Below are positions 1 to 14,256 of a stretch of DNA of 64,000 bases, in pieces. The stretch lies in assembly GCA_964057225.1 (NCBI GenBank), contig OZ059894.1, positions 9,300,001 to 9,364,000 on the forward strand, given 5' to 3'. The number at the start of each line of letters is the position of its first letter. The stretch's first letter is position 1. Below the pieces are notes generated by a model. That model was not told the origin of the DNA, did not search any database, and saw only the letters and a list, made by a program, of their open reading frames with translations. Both the position numbers and the translations under genes were made by a program. The stretch comes from Auanema rhodensis (taxonomy: Eukaryota > Animalia > Nematoda).

Positions 1-2307
1 CCCGAAATAGTAGCGAAGCAAGTTTTTGAAACTTAAAAATGTTTTGTTTATTTTCTATTCGCAGATCAAAAATATCATGTCTTTGTCCATTGATGCAACA
101 ACAACAAAAAAAAACAATTCTTAGTTATTCTTCAGGATTTTGTTCAGAAGTTCTTCAGAATATCTCGAACAAAATGTATGTGTGGCTAAGTTTTGAACCT
201 GCTACTAGTTGTTGTTCTTATAATTTTTCTAATTTACCTCCGATTTTCCGAAATTTCCGATGAAATATGTTAAAATAGAAACATTTTGTTTGTGGTAGCT
301 CATTTCAAATTTCTAATTGTAGTTTGACCTCGTATTACACACAATTCCTTACTTACCTATTCATATTAATTTACAATTTTTCTATAAAAGGTATGCGTAC
401 AACTGAAATAACAATAATATTTTTTTCGTTTAACTATGTAATTTTTCATCCTTTATATGGAAATTTGTATTTTTCTAATAGTTTATATTTCACTTTTCTA
501 TTTCCTTGTCTGTCGTACTTCATGAATCCTAATATCCCCCCCCCCTTACTTTCCTCAACTCTCTGTCTTTCATTCTGTTTCAACAAACACACTTTGTTGA
601 AAAAACTTCCTCACCTTCAATTCGGAATGTAGTTTGTCATTTTCTCGTTTTCTCCCAAAATCTTATAGAATAGCTCTAGTTCATCATGTTCATGAGGCAG
701 TATCAAATCATCAAATTTGCAGCTTCAAACGAAAAATCTTACCAAATGGGGCTTTACACAAGATTTTTGTAATACGATATTCTTAACGAAATGATGAATG
801 AATCACATGACGAGGGTGTTAGCAAGTACATATACATATATGTAGCATAGAGACGTAAGATCAAATACAAGCATTATTCGGATTTTCATGTATTTTTACT
901 TGAATTAGTAATTATTCTAAAAATACTTTTGGTAATAGGATCGAAAAATCTTATTCAATTTCGTTAGTCATAAAAAAAGTTTCTATGGAAGAAGACTATT
1001 CGAGATTGGCAATTGAGCTGAAGCTGAAGCCCTTTCGAAGATATCTCCATCTGCTAAACAGCACTAGGGATCACACTTTGATATTTCTTTGTTCCCCTCC
1101 CCCTCTTTCTCTTGCTCCCTCCTTCTTCCTCCTCCTCCTCCTCCTTTCTCTCTCTCTCTCTCTCTTTCAATCATTCACTCTTATCTTCAAATTCAAGCAA
1201 AAAAAAACTTCCGCTATTTGAAAGACGTAAGATGTATATAGTTGGAAAAGAACAGAATGATTAATAATCCAAAACTAGCAAACTTACATCCGTATACAAC
1301 TATAGCTTCTGAGGAGATGATCAGATGTCACAAGTAACATTTGACCATGTTCCAAGCGTGCTGGTTGCTCATTTCCCACTTATCCAGATAGAGTCTGCAT
1401 GGAAAAGCCTATGTTTAAAACGAGTCAAACATCTAAGAAACAACATATCTAACAACGCAATTGGTTGTGTTGTCTCCAATTTCTCCCAAATGTGTTGGTG
1501 TCATGCATTCGTCGTCTGTTACGTAGTTGAATGACGTATAAACGGGTTTTTTACGTGGAAAAAAATTATTATTTTGTTTCCAAAGTTAAACCTACTGAAC
1601 GGTTGAATGATCGTTTCGTTCTGTTGTATGAGCATTATCTCTCATTTCCCGTCTACCATCAGCTGGCATTGAATCAAATCTCTACCTTGTGCATACTTCA
1701 TGGAATCATTGCAACATTCTCTTCTCAATGCTACATCCTCTTACTCTTCTCAGATTCCAGACAATATTTCGATATTTGATACTTCACCGAGATTACTTGG
1801 TATCAAATAAGTTTATCCTTATTTGAAATATTCCTCTCCTCCCTCATCCAACACACTCATACACACCGACGCCCCCACATACTACATACATATCATTCAA
1901 AGTTTTTGTCTTTCATCATAACGTTTATCTTTTCGCTTCATCTAGTGTAAACTGTGCCTTGTCTCCAGCTTCATCTATCACATATTCTGATGACTGTCTT
2001 CCTCATCTGAATGTCAAAATTTATTTTTTTTCAATGCATTAAGTAATTTTATTTTCTTCTTTTCCAATCATTCATTGAACTATTTCTCCTTATTTATCAA
2101 CTATTTCGCCAAACTCTATTTATCATGTAACTTCTAAGGATACAAACTTGCACTTTCTATAAATAATACTACCTTGTTGTAGTTTTGAGACTTTATTTTG
2201 GAAATATTTTGAAGAAGAAAATACTTTTTTTAAACAAAGCGAGAGAGTGAGAACATAACCATAGGTAAGTAATTAATAATGACTTTGTTCCTTAGTTTAC
2301 TCTCTCA

Positions 2308-2344
<37 letters not shown>

Positions 2345-2452
2345 TTCGACTTTCTTTTCGACTCTCTTTTCGACTCCCTTTTCGACTCTCTCTATGACTC
2401 TTTCTTCGACTCTATATTCAACTCTCTCTTCGACTCTCTATTTAACTCTGTT
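2345..2452. repeat. 12-bp minisatellite, 9 degenerate copies (consensus TTCGACTCTCTT), embedded between (CT)n tracts
   Basis: Units begin at 2345, 2357, 2369, 2381, 2393, 2405, 2417, 2429 and 2441. They explain the FDSL repeats in the spurious ORF 2279..2617. Confidence 0.9.
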
Positions 2453-2473
2453 TCTATCTATCTCTCTCTATCT

Positions 2474-2480
<7 letters not shown>

Positions 2481-2524
<44 letters not shown>
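2481..2524. repeat. (TC)n microsatellite
   Basis: Perfect TC run. Further CT/GA runs occur near 1148, 2301, 2875, 6000, 6470, 14385, 15610, 29408 and 49250. Confidence 0.95.
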
Positions 2525-2529
<5 letters not shown>

Positions 2530-5500
2530 ATCTCTCTTTAATAACAAATTTTTGACTTTCATGTTTAACATATTCAACAATTACAATTCATCTGTAGTAG
2601 AAGATATAGGGAGATAGACCTCGACAGTAAAGAGAAAGACCGAAGAGAGAAAAACAGAAAAGATAACGAGCCATCACATATCAGATTTTTCACTTGTGCA
2701 CTTTTCGTTTTTGATTTTTATTGAAAATTTTCTATATTTCCAGCTTACATTTACGATTCTCTGAATGATTTTGTCTTTTCGTCCTCTACCTTCTCTTCAT
2801 CTTTCCATATACATATTACACATTTTCATCCTTAAAATGTGTTTTGTTTATGAGTTAAACACAAAAAAAAGAAGAGAGAGAGAGAGAGAGAGAGAAGATA
2901 AAGAGAGAAAGAGTAAATCTACCCAGATGATCATCGGGCTTTAATATTACTTAATCTTTTCTACTCTCTCTTTCTTTTTTTCATCTTCCATATTCTTTTC
3001 TCTTTCTCTTTCCTTTTTCTCTTTCCTCTTATCATTGTTGGACATAGTCATGTTTTATGTTTGAAGTGAAGCTTTTAACATACTTAACTAACCATTTTCT
3101 GCTACAAACATGCCGACTTATTAAGAAAATTGTAGTTCATACCAGTTGAGCCTCTTTTACATTCTTCTATACACGAAATTTTCTTTTTTTCTCTTCAAAA
3201 CTTATTATTTTGATGTCTCCCCCTCGTTTTCTCTTTTTCTTTCTTATTTTCTCTCTCTCTCTTTGCCTTGTTCTCTCATTTGCTATCCTCGGCATCACAT
3301 AAAATTTTTCAATGTGATAGTAATAATGCAGAAAAAGCTTAGTAGTAGCTGCAGTTATTTGCTATTTTGCTTCAGATTTTTCTTCATTTTTGCCTATTTT
3401 CAAATATTTTATTTGCATTGTCAATTTACCTCACCATCTTAAGGCAATACATACAAATTTTTTCATTTTAAAGACGTTTTTTCTTTTCCATTAAAGGCTT
3501 CTAACCATTGTCTTCTCTTCACATCTCTGATTTTGCTTTTATCAAAGTGAAATAATTAATTTTTTTCTTTTATAACCAAAACGATTGATGATGTAATTCT
3601 GGGAGGACAATGGGAGGGATGAAGGGAGGAATGGAGGGAAAAAGGGAGGGAAACAACGTGGTTTCAGAAGAAAAAAAAGATGAAATATATGTGCGTGGGA
3701 CATGCACACTAAAAGCTTCAAGAATCTAATGAATATAAAGATCAGATAAAAGATTAAAGAGATGTGCTCTGATTAGCGTTGAACATGCTTATATAGTTGA
3801 ACTAAGGCATGAAAAATCTGATTCTATACTCTTGATACTTTGAAAAACACTAACGCTCTTCGATGACTTACTAAAGTCTATTACTTAATCCCTTCCATTC
3901 ATCCATGTAATTCTATATAGTATATATAAAATTTTTTGTGATGAAGATGAGTACAAGCTATCAAGTTTCTTTTTCATTCTTTTGATATTTTGCGATTATT
4001 CATGAAAATCTGTTTTAGATCTGTTAAGTAGATCATACACACATACCCACACACACGCAAAGAGAAATAAAAAAAAATTATTTTGTCGCTGAAATGATTA
4101 AATACATTTGTAACTCATTCTCTGACTCTTGTGGCTTGTCAAACATTTGAAGTTGTAAGAAGTGAAATCAGAGCAACTACACGATATCTCTCTAATCAAA
4201 CAAGCCTCATATCCTTCATTTTCATACTCATTTTAATTTTTTTTTTGATTTATTTTATCTGCAATACTACTTGTATTGCATGTAATGTGCTGTTATAACT
4301 AACTATATCTAGATGTATATCGTCGTCATGAAATATATTATATTTGTCGAAAATTCTGACAAACATTTTCTATTTTCAGTTACTTTTATTGCAATATCAG
4401 CAGTAGAAATCGAATGAAGTTTTTCAAAACTGAATAGGTGATCATTCGAAGCTTATTCTGGTGGTTATCATTTCAGTTGACAACTTGTTCAATCAACAAG
4501 CCCCATGAGAATTTGATTCAAAAGCATCTTCTTATTCATTTTCTTCTTTGTAGAAGGTGGACATGATGTGGGTGGCTCATCCAACATGAGAGGAGCGTTA
4601 TCTGCGACAAACCATGCAGTAAATTGCATTTCGTCTATCCAGCAATCAAATGACCTGAGGCATTATAGCTAATCGAATTGTGCTTCGAACATGAGAAGCG
4701 CGAAGCTGTAGACGAATGAAAACTTGAAAGTAAATGAAAGATGATGAAGAGGATAAAAGAAGAACATGAAGAAGTAGAAGCAGAAACCCAAGCTCAAACC
4801 CTAAAACAAGCATTTCAAATCTAGCTCGAAAGCTTTTACAGATTGGGTTCGTTGACCCAATACATCCATTCCAAGCTTCAACAAAATTGTTTCTTTTCCT
4901 CTTCATCGAAGCAATCGCAGACATAACATAGCATGAAATCTCCAGACACAAAACAGCCAAAGCTTCCAACTAGCGTCTTCATGCTTACACCTGAACTTGT
5001 ATTTACTTGAAAAGGTCTACTCCCCTAAGCTGCGTAGGTGCTTTTGTATGAGAGCATTTGTCCTTCTATTTTTAAGTTTTACCTTTATTCTTGGGTTTTA
5101 ACACATATACATGTCTACACATACAGATATAGTATATATATACATATGCTTAAGCTATAGGAATAGTTAACAAAGCTGGAATCATAGCTTTAACGATCTT
5201 CTTCTGTCAACTTCAGCTTATATATAAACTTCTCACTAAATGTATTCATTCAGCATCATAGAAAATGCTTGATATATATATATATCTCCATAACTCTTAT
5301 TTTTAAGACATCAGAGTTCCTTTCACTCTTCTTCATCAAGAAATCTTTTAATTAGTCTACACATGATCTCATGCATACGAAGCTAAGCATATACAATGCT
5401 CAACGCAAAGTAACATGTTAAAGCTTAATGTCCTCTTCTAATCATATCCATCAATTTCTTTTATTTTCTATTTTTTTTTCTAAGAAGCAGGCTTTGTACA

Positions 5501-8500
5501 TGTTTATTTGAAGCTTTCTTACCAATTTTTCTAATTATTTTGATTTCGTATTCATACTACCGCCTGCATCTCCTTTCTAAACTTACAACCTTTTCAACGG
5601 ACAATATGTTTCCAATTTGTATTAGTTGAACCAGCAAAAAAGTTGTTTTCTAGCTTTGTAGCATAATTTCAACAATGAAACAAGAATCCCACTTGTTGCG
5701 AAATGATCCAAAAAAAAGAAAAAAAAGAAAAAGCAAGTTACTCCAAGTATATTGGGTGGCTTTTTTCCATTTTTATTTTACTCATTTCATATCTGATGCG
5801 ATGTCTAATTCTTCCACTCGCCCTTTTCATCAATCTGTGGAATCGCTCTGAACTATTGTCTAGAGATTTGATTTTGAAATTGAACTTTTGGTTAGTTGAA
5901 ACATGAAAAACGACTTCCTTCAATACGTTAGAACTTACTCTCTTAAAGTTCGGCAGTGTGTTTAACCTACAAACAGCTTGAATTTTTTCCTCATTCTCTT
6001 TCTCTCTCTCTCTCTCTTTCTCCCTCTTTCTCCCTCTCGCTTTCTCTCTATTGTTGTTTTTGTAAAGACGAGGTGTGCGAATAAAGAGAGAGAGAGTCAC
6101 GTAAATACAGATATATAGATATTCATAGACATATGAGCTTGAGCTGTTATCCTCCTTCAACTCACTACCTGTGAGTTTTCCATTTACTTCGTCACTAAGC
6201 TTTTATTAGGTTTGAAACGTGTGTTTGAAAAACAGACTTTCTTACTGGTATTTCAGTATCTTTTATAATTCGTTAAAAGCACGAAGAGAGAAGATAAGTC
6301 ATTTGAAAACCCTAAAAGTCTATTTTTACGGATATCAAGCTATAATTCGATATTTTGAAGCGAATCAGACACCAATATCCTTATGGCTTATTATATTTTT
6401 ACATTCAATATATATATTCTGGAGAAATATACACATTGTGATCGTAACCTTACTTGCACTATATATTTCTCTCTCTCTCTCAATCTCTCTCAATCTCTCT
6501 TTCTCTCTCTCCCTCCCTCGTTGTCCTTCTTAAGTATCTCTATCACAGTGTCAATCTTAAGTATTTTACCTTGGATATTCTGCTCTTTTTCACTGTTAAT
6601 CATCTAGCTATTTCACCTCATTTTTATTTTTTTCCGCAGCCCTTTTCTCTTTCTTTCAATTAGGACATACTTCCTGTTTCTTGAGAAACATGGTAATGTA
6701 GCTTTTTCTTTTAAATTTAACTTAAGCGCTGATGTCATGCAGCAGGTTTAATCTCTCAGTGTGCCCTCTTTTTTCTTTGTTTTCATCAAATTTTGCCATA
6801 TTATAATACTAAATGTATTATCTCAGATGAATTTCTAAAAGGGCTAGACTAATCGGACAACTTCAAATAAAGATTTAGAAGTTTTTGTTTTGTTGTATAT
6901 CCTTTTTCATCTTATAACACTTCTATTTTTATTTTCAATTCTTCTTTTTCATCTTAATATTATTGCGCTTTACATGAGCATAAGCTTCTAAAGAGGCTAT
7001 ATCAACATCATCATCAGCTTCACATACTTTCTATTTCATCATCATTGTCTGAGCTATTATACGTAATCTAGCTTCATAAAATCAACAACATTAACATCGT
7101 ATAGCTTTTCCGTGAAAAGGGCTGTCCACCAACTTCGATGTTGACCTGATGTTGTCTATAAAAAATTCCAGATTACATATAGCTAATGAAGCATCATCAT
7201 CATCATGTTACTGATGTAATCTGCTTGAGCATCATGTTCTAATGCCTCAATGCCTTCAGATGTCCTCTCGATGTCCGTTAATATACGTGACGGAGTCGAT
7301 ATATTCTCAAGTCATTCACTTATTCTCCTCAAACATCTTTGAGCTATTTGAGCTCATTAGGTAATCTCAACGCTAGTCTACAACGGTTCCATTCATGACT
7401 ATTCAACCTCCTACTCATGCTGGCACCCATCGACCCTTCCTTATTTCTCTTCATTCATATTTCTCATTCGAATGCTTGATCTCTTTCGATTATGATCTTT
7501 ATCACATAATCGTTCGATTTGTAATAATCAAGATCTTTATTCTAAACGTATTCACTCATTGTTCTCTGTTCATTTCACTTTCTCATCAAACTTTACCTTT
7601 CATCACTTAGTGAACTAACTCAAATGTATTTTGAAGTTTGTTCACTTTTGCTTCTCTTGCTGCCCACTCTCTCAACGTCAACTCAGTACCTCCAGCACAT
7701 ATTAAACAAACATGTGTACACATGTATGTACCGACTTCAAAAAAAGTTTGTTTTGGTCTAATATCATGCTGGTGATGCAGTTAACGTCCATCCTTACATA
7801 CGTTTACTTATTCGTATGAATTGTCATTCAATTTACCAATAAACTGATCAACAAACTGTTTGCATCTTCCTTTTCATCTTCTCTTCACTCTTTTTCCCTT
7901 CAATGCATCTTTCCTTATACTTCATTTTCCGCTTCGGTTCTTGAGACAGATGAACATTTTATTGTTTTTTCGCCTCAAATCTGCCAAAACAGAGATGGCG
8001 TCATCGTGTTCCGTATTGCTTTTCACTTAGTGGTCAGCTGAAAAGCTTATGCTTGCAACCTTTTTCTATACTCTTCAATGTTAGCTCAGATCCTTGAAAT
8101 ATTTTTATTTTCTCCGCAGACAAGTGTATGTATATCTTGCATTGACTTTTGGCGTTTTCCTTCATCTTCTCCAAAATCTTTAACAAATCTTGCAATCATC
8201 AACATCGCTAAATTGAAAGTAAGAAAGCATACAAAACGCAGAATATTGAAGTTGAATGGTAAGTACTTTGCTGTGCACTATGTTGCTTCTAAGCCATGTT
8301 TCATGATGATTCAGGATATAGCTCAAATGTGATGCTTTGATTTTTCCTGTCCTCAAGCTAATTATCCCAAAATCTGAAGACATGCGTTGACATTTCCGAA
8401 ACAAAATATGGACCTTTGTCTTCAAAGCTTCCATTTCATCCGCAATATGCGAAGGGTCATTTCACGTTCCATCTTGCCAGCAAAGCCGAAGCTTAGAATG

Positions 8501-10145
8501 AAATTCCATTAAAAGTTCTTTGTCTATGTATTTGAGCTGTTCTCTCTTTCCCTTCCGATTTATATCAATTCCATCTCTTTCATTCTGTTATACTCCTTAG
8601 AACGTGAGTCCACTGCCAATTATTTGGTTCAGCTGGAACCATTCCTCGTAGCCGATTCAGCAGATTATCCCTCCCAATGTCTGCTGTCTCTGTCTTCCAT
8701 TTATCTCCATTCCCTTTCCCCTTTGTTCATTTTCCTTTTTAAAAACTTTGTTTCATGAAGCACTTGCTCATCTGATCATTCTAATGTTCTGAGAACAAGC
8801 TGTCCATCAACATCATAAACTTTCTCGACGAATATATGTTATAACTTTGTATCTCCATTCCCTTATTAGACAACCAACTTGAACTATACTCTTCATCCGT
8901 TTCCTATTCAACTACTATTTCATCTTATTCACCCAATATGCACTTATGTTGTTTGTCTTTTAATCATATCATACTGATATCACTTCTTTTGTATAACCTT
9001 AAGCTATTAACTATGCAAAATCTTTATTTCTATACACCGTATACCCAACCTTCATTTCATTTCTCCCTCTCTCTCTTTCTCTTTACAACATCTTTCTAAG
9101 TTTTCTCACCGAAAACTTTTTTCTTCGTTTGAAATATTTTCTAGAAATTCAATAACAATATAGAAACAACCGTGTCAATCATTGCGCAGAATAAAAATAA
9201 AATTTCCGTTGATTAACGTCTCATGATTGCGTGAATTCACGTACTTACCCACGCCATCTGTTGTAGCGTATAGCCCTATATAGTATCTATTTCACATGAA
9301 TACTTTTATTTTATTTTAAAATTCATTTCATTTTAATTTCTTTTCGGCAATTCTATTTGTTTTGAAACCCTTTTTTCGCATTAAGGGCAACTCATTTGAA
9401 GGACTGTGTTATCCATAGAAATGTGTTCTGATTACTTGTTACTTACAAAAGTCTGTAGGTTGATGGAAACGCCAATCACCCAATATTGACTACATTGATA
9501 GCTAAAACATTCATTTCATTGAAAACGAGATAGCACACAGCAAGCTATTGCAAACAAATCTGAAATCTTGACCTTTGTCAGGCGTCAACGCTGTTGCTCA
9601 CCATTTTAGCATCTTCAACTTTGCACTCTCTACTTCGCCATCGAAGCAGCATAATCAGGCGTTGGCTTCTTCCAGTGTCCAGCCTTGTTTTCCCCTTGTC
9701 ACCTTTCTTTCTAATCTTTTCATTGTTGCTCTAACAGCATGTTTTTGCAACAATTCTGAATATGATCATGTTGAGCATAGCTAAAACGCCCCCTCCGTTT
9801 TTTCCGGTTGCTCAATTCATTGTCGGTATCCATTCTAGTTCTTTGCTGTCTTTCAAACGAGAGTTACCGAAGATGCCATTTCAAAGTTCTTTGAAGCTAA
9901 ATGCCTTTTCAGACTGTTCTTTGGCGGTCATTAAGACTTAACAGCCACAAAATGAACTTCATCTATCGTGCTTACTCACATCTTTTCCAGAAAATGCAAG
10001 AGGTTGAAAGATAGAGCAGCCGGTTGAGGGTGGCAAAATATGAGAATATGAAGTGAAATAGAGAGAGATAGGGAGCAAGAGAGAGAAAATGAGAATTTTT
10101 GAAAGAAAAGAATATTCTAAAATAGACTGAAGATGGATGCAAAAC

Positions 10146-10188
<43 letters not shown>
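10146..10188. repeat. (CT)n microsatellite
   Basis: Near-perfect CT run, visible directly. Confidence 0.95.
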
Positions 10189-10193
<5 letters not shown>

Positions 10194-13100
10194 CTCTCTT
10201 TATTAACTTCTCTTTCTTTCATCTCATCTTCATTTCTCTTACTTCCTTCTCATCATTCTCATATCCTCTATATCTGTTAGCTTCTATAGATTCTTGTAGC
10301 TCATGACTTATTGAATATTAATATTACTTAAACTTCACTATCCTGCCATCTCATCACTTGTAGAAATATATTTTATTTACGTATTACATCATGTGTGTCC
10401 GACAGTAGTCGTTTTCAACTAGAGAGATAGATATATGTTTTTCCTTCTTCTGTTCCGGTTGCCGATATGTTATAAAGCTTATGCTCTCTTTCAGCAGTAC
10501 TTTGCAAGTACAGCCTAGTCACATTTCCAAGGTATTTGGTTTCTACTGTTGATCTGAACTCTCTTTGTCTAGAGTTCATGCTTTTCAGAGTTTTTTTGCT
10601 CGAAATTTAGAGATTAATTCTCACTTTTTTCATTCAAATGACTTCTTTAATGGTATACGATATCATTGGAAAAAAGAATTGAAAAAATGCCAAATCTTGT
10701 CATTCATTATATTACTTTATTTGACCAGGCTTTTAGAAAAAATGCAAAATATAAGGCTTTTTTGCAGTTTGAAATGAAAAAAAAGGATGAATTGCTTCAA
10801 ACGACGTTCTTTAAAAGTTTATGAAGAGAATAATGCTCTCTTTGCTCTTTAAAAAACTTCCTGTATCGACCTCCCTGAGGAGCAATTGCCAAGTTTGATA
10901 CTGCTTTGTCTTGTTCTCTTTTTCTTTCATTTTTTTTCACTTCATCTTCCCCAATCTTTTTCTATTTTAGCCACAATTTGTTCTCCTCTTTCTCGCCCCC
11001 ACATCATGAGATTTGATATGAAAAATTTGCTTGAACCTCTGCCAAGCGGATGAACTCATCTGGCTGGACTAGATTCAAACACAACGTTTATTCCAAAGCT
11101 TTTAAAAAACATTTTCTTTCCAACTTCATCAACTGCCCTTTGCGTTGAAAAGGCACGTAGCACGACGTTTTGCACGACTTCTTGGACTTCATCATCATCG
11201 TCATGATTTTCTTTTTCATATTTGCAGATCTACGCTTGGACGTAAATTGTAGTTAAGAGCTCTTGAGAAAAATAATAATTTTCAAAATGAACTTCATCAA
11301 GAAGCATTAATGTTTTCTTGTTTTTTTGAACTTTTTGACCTTTTTTTTCTTGAGTGGAAAATGTTTGATATTAGTTCAATAAACAACTCTGTCGTGTTAT
11401 TAAAAGCAGATCTACGTATATAGCTATGTATAAGCAATATGAGCATACTTTACATGAAATTTTTTCAAAATAATTACTCTATTATAGCCTCATAAAGAGT
11501 AATTTTAATTAAAATCTATCTTATATCTTATATATTCATATATTTAAAACTAAAATTTTAATTATATCGCTATACGTGTAATATATATATGAAAGAACAG
11601 TCATTTTAATCTTTTTTTGTTGGTTCCTATGACCTTTAAGCTGTTTGATGACCTCGTTCAACTGCTCCTTTTCTTCATCACACAGCTCTTATCGCAGTTT
11701 TTCATATTTTTCTCTTTTTTCATATTTTTATCCGCTTTGCTCATAGTAATTTGATATAAACCTGCAGTTGTTTGTTGCAACTTTCTTCACCAAAAAACTG
11801 GGAAAAAATCTGGTCTGAAGCTGGAAATCTCACCAACAAAAAAAAAGAATCTGTCAACAAGGGCTATGCCTTCAGGCAATATGCTGGTCCTTTAAAAGGA
11901 ACATCAGCTATGGCATCAACTTGTTAAAGACAGACAAATAAATATAAAAGCCGTTTAGCAAAAAGGATGATCTCCTGGTCGTTGATGTTTCAAGTTGCGG
12001 TTTTGATGGCACATGCTTTCGTTTATATCCGTTTTCTCACACTTTTCGCCGAATTCTCATAAATTTTTATTTCTATTAACAGTATTAAAAAAATTATTCG
12101 ATACAAGCTATTCTATACATATACATACATAGTATATAGATATATAGCTCTACATACATGGTCTCCTGAACTGCAATTAATTCCTGTCAGATCGAATGAA
12201 GCATTTCACTTCTGTCAGTTAAGTTGCATTTTAAAATGGCTACTTACTCTAGCCCTATCCTAAAGCATACTAAACGTCTGACGAACTAAAACGATATTTG
12301 AGTTTGATGTCTATCCTTTTCCTTCATCACATCTTCTAGCCAATGACGATGAGGAAGATGATGATGATTATGATGATGGCTGCGAAGTATTACTAAGGTT
12401 TAAGTTGTAAAGCTTGCGCTCAAGCTTAACAGTATCCTAGAGAATCAGCATGATCTTCAGCTAGCTCTTGTCAGCAAAGTAGATAACGGCCAATTCTTTA
12501 GCAATGAAGTAGATAGGCGCATGATTCCGAAGAGGACAATATATAAAAATGCATGTAGTCGTAGGCTATATTGGCATCAGAATATTGCTTCATCAATATT
12601 CTGAGACATTGGAAGGAATATAGAGTGAAGAGAGAATGTGGAAGAGTAACAAGAAGCGAGATTGAAAGAGAACGAAAAAAGATGAGAGAGAAAATGAGAG
12701 AAGAAATAGGAAAAGAGAAGAGTGAGACTGATCTTCTTCATGTGTTGCGGATGCATCACAATCAAGCATCTCCCTCCCTCAATATCCAAATATATTCAAT
12801 TCTATAACTGTCGTCGACTCTCTTACTCTTTTTCCTCATCCAAGCTCCTCCTTCCTATCTCATTTGGTCGAATCACGTTGTTGAATTTCTACTCGGATTA
12901 ACTCACGTTAGTTCTACCCCAGCTGTAATAGAAACGTGAGTCGTCTCATGATCGACAAAAAAAAATATTTTCTCCCAGTCATATGGAAAGACCGTATGAT
13001 TCATCGTCAGAAATCGCTATTACCTTCTTCTTCTTCGTCTTCGTTTTCGTCTTCTCTATCTGTCGTCTCACTACTAATCTGCATCAATTGTACTCTTGTG

Positions 13101-14200
13101 TCTTCATACATTCGTCGTCGTATTACATCTAATTTTCAATTTTTCGTAGTAAAAGTCGATTTCTGAGATTGTCCTTCTTTCCACCCACACTACATCTATC
13201 CCTTATATACATTGCCAATTCACTTATTCGTCATATCTTAAATAAAACTTTGTCACTTTTAATAACCGCAATCCACTCTCCCCTATAAACTTAAAAGGAT
13301 ATGCTTCAACTATATGTCAGTTTCATCCTCTTTCGAGAAAAAATATAATTCAAGTCGTCGTCCTTCTATCTTCTTTATATGTTTGACGATGGAAAAAAAG
13401 TTTTAACAAGACTTACATACATTCATTCCATGTATTTCCAAAGTCTTTCATTCATATTCCTTTAAGTCTTGAATATGTCCTCGTAGGCTTAAAGAACTAA
13501 TTCAGAATCTTATGATCTTGCTTCTATATTTTTGGAAAAAAAGAACAATAGTCAGTCGTCCAATCATATGTATTCAGTCATATTTAGCATAATTTTTATT
13601 TTCCAGATTAAATTTTAAAAAATGATTATGGCAAAATGAAATAATAATAATAATAATATATCCTCAAGTTACATATTTCTTATATTTTGCCGATTAAATC
13701 ATATTATATTCTATCTGTCTTGTAGTTTAATTCTTTTTTCCGTTTTTTATCGTTTTAGTTTCATTCCATTTTCGTTTAATTTGTTGATGATACTTGATGT
13801 TATAAATTTGCTTTTAAGACTCATAGTTCACAATCATTTGTGACAACAATTATTCAGATTTTACTTAGAAAAACAAGTAAATGAAATGTAAATTAATAAG
13901 TTATAATATTAATTATTATTATATATTATAATTTGAAATATACTTGTATAATTGAGTTGGTAAGACTATGCGTGTATGAGTATGTGTATGTATTTGTGAG
14001 GGATGAAGCAAGTTTTACACGAAACTCAGTAGTAAGCTAAATAACTAGCGGAAGTCACAGCTCATCTGGCCTAGAGTGAGTAAAATAACATTTCGTTTTT
14101 CAATCAGCAGAATTGAAATCCTGTACTATTGAAGGACTTACATAACTACATCTACATACATGCATATGTATGGTTACTGGAAAAATGTGTCTGTGTGTGT

Positions 14201-14204
<4 letters not shown>

Positions 14205-14252
<48 letters not shown>
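14205..14252. repeat. (GA)n microsatellite preceded by a short (TG)n
   Basis: Perfect GA run, visible directly. Confidence 0.95.

Positions 14253-14256
<4 letters not shown>

Noticed and set aside
2345-2452. Possible CRISPR-like array
   Set aside because: Contiguous 12-bp tandem units without unique spacers, in a eukaryotic context with no cas genes.
8458-8480. Minus-strand TGGCAAGATG resembling the miR-72/73 seed (also TCCCTGAG, lin-4-like, near 10872)
   Set aside because: The match is limited to the seed region and no convincing pre-miRNA hairpin forms in the flanks.
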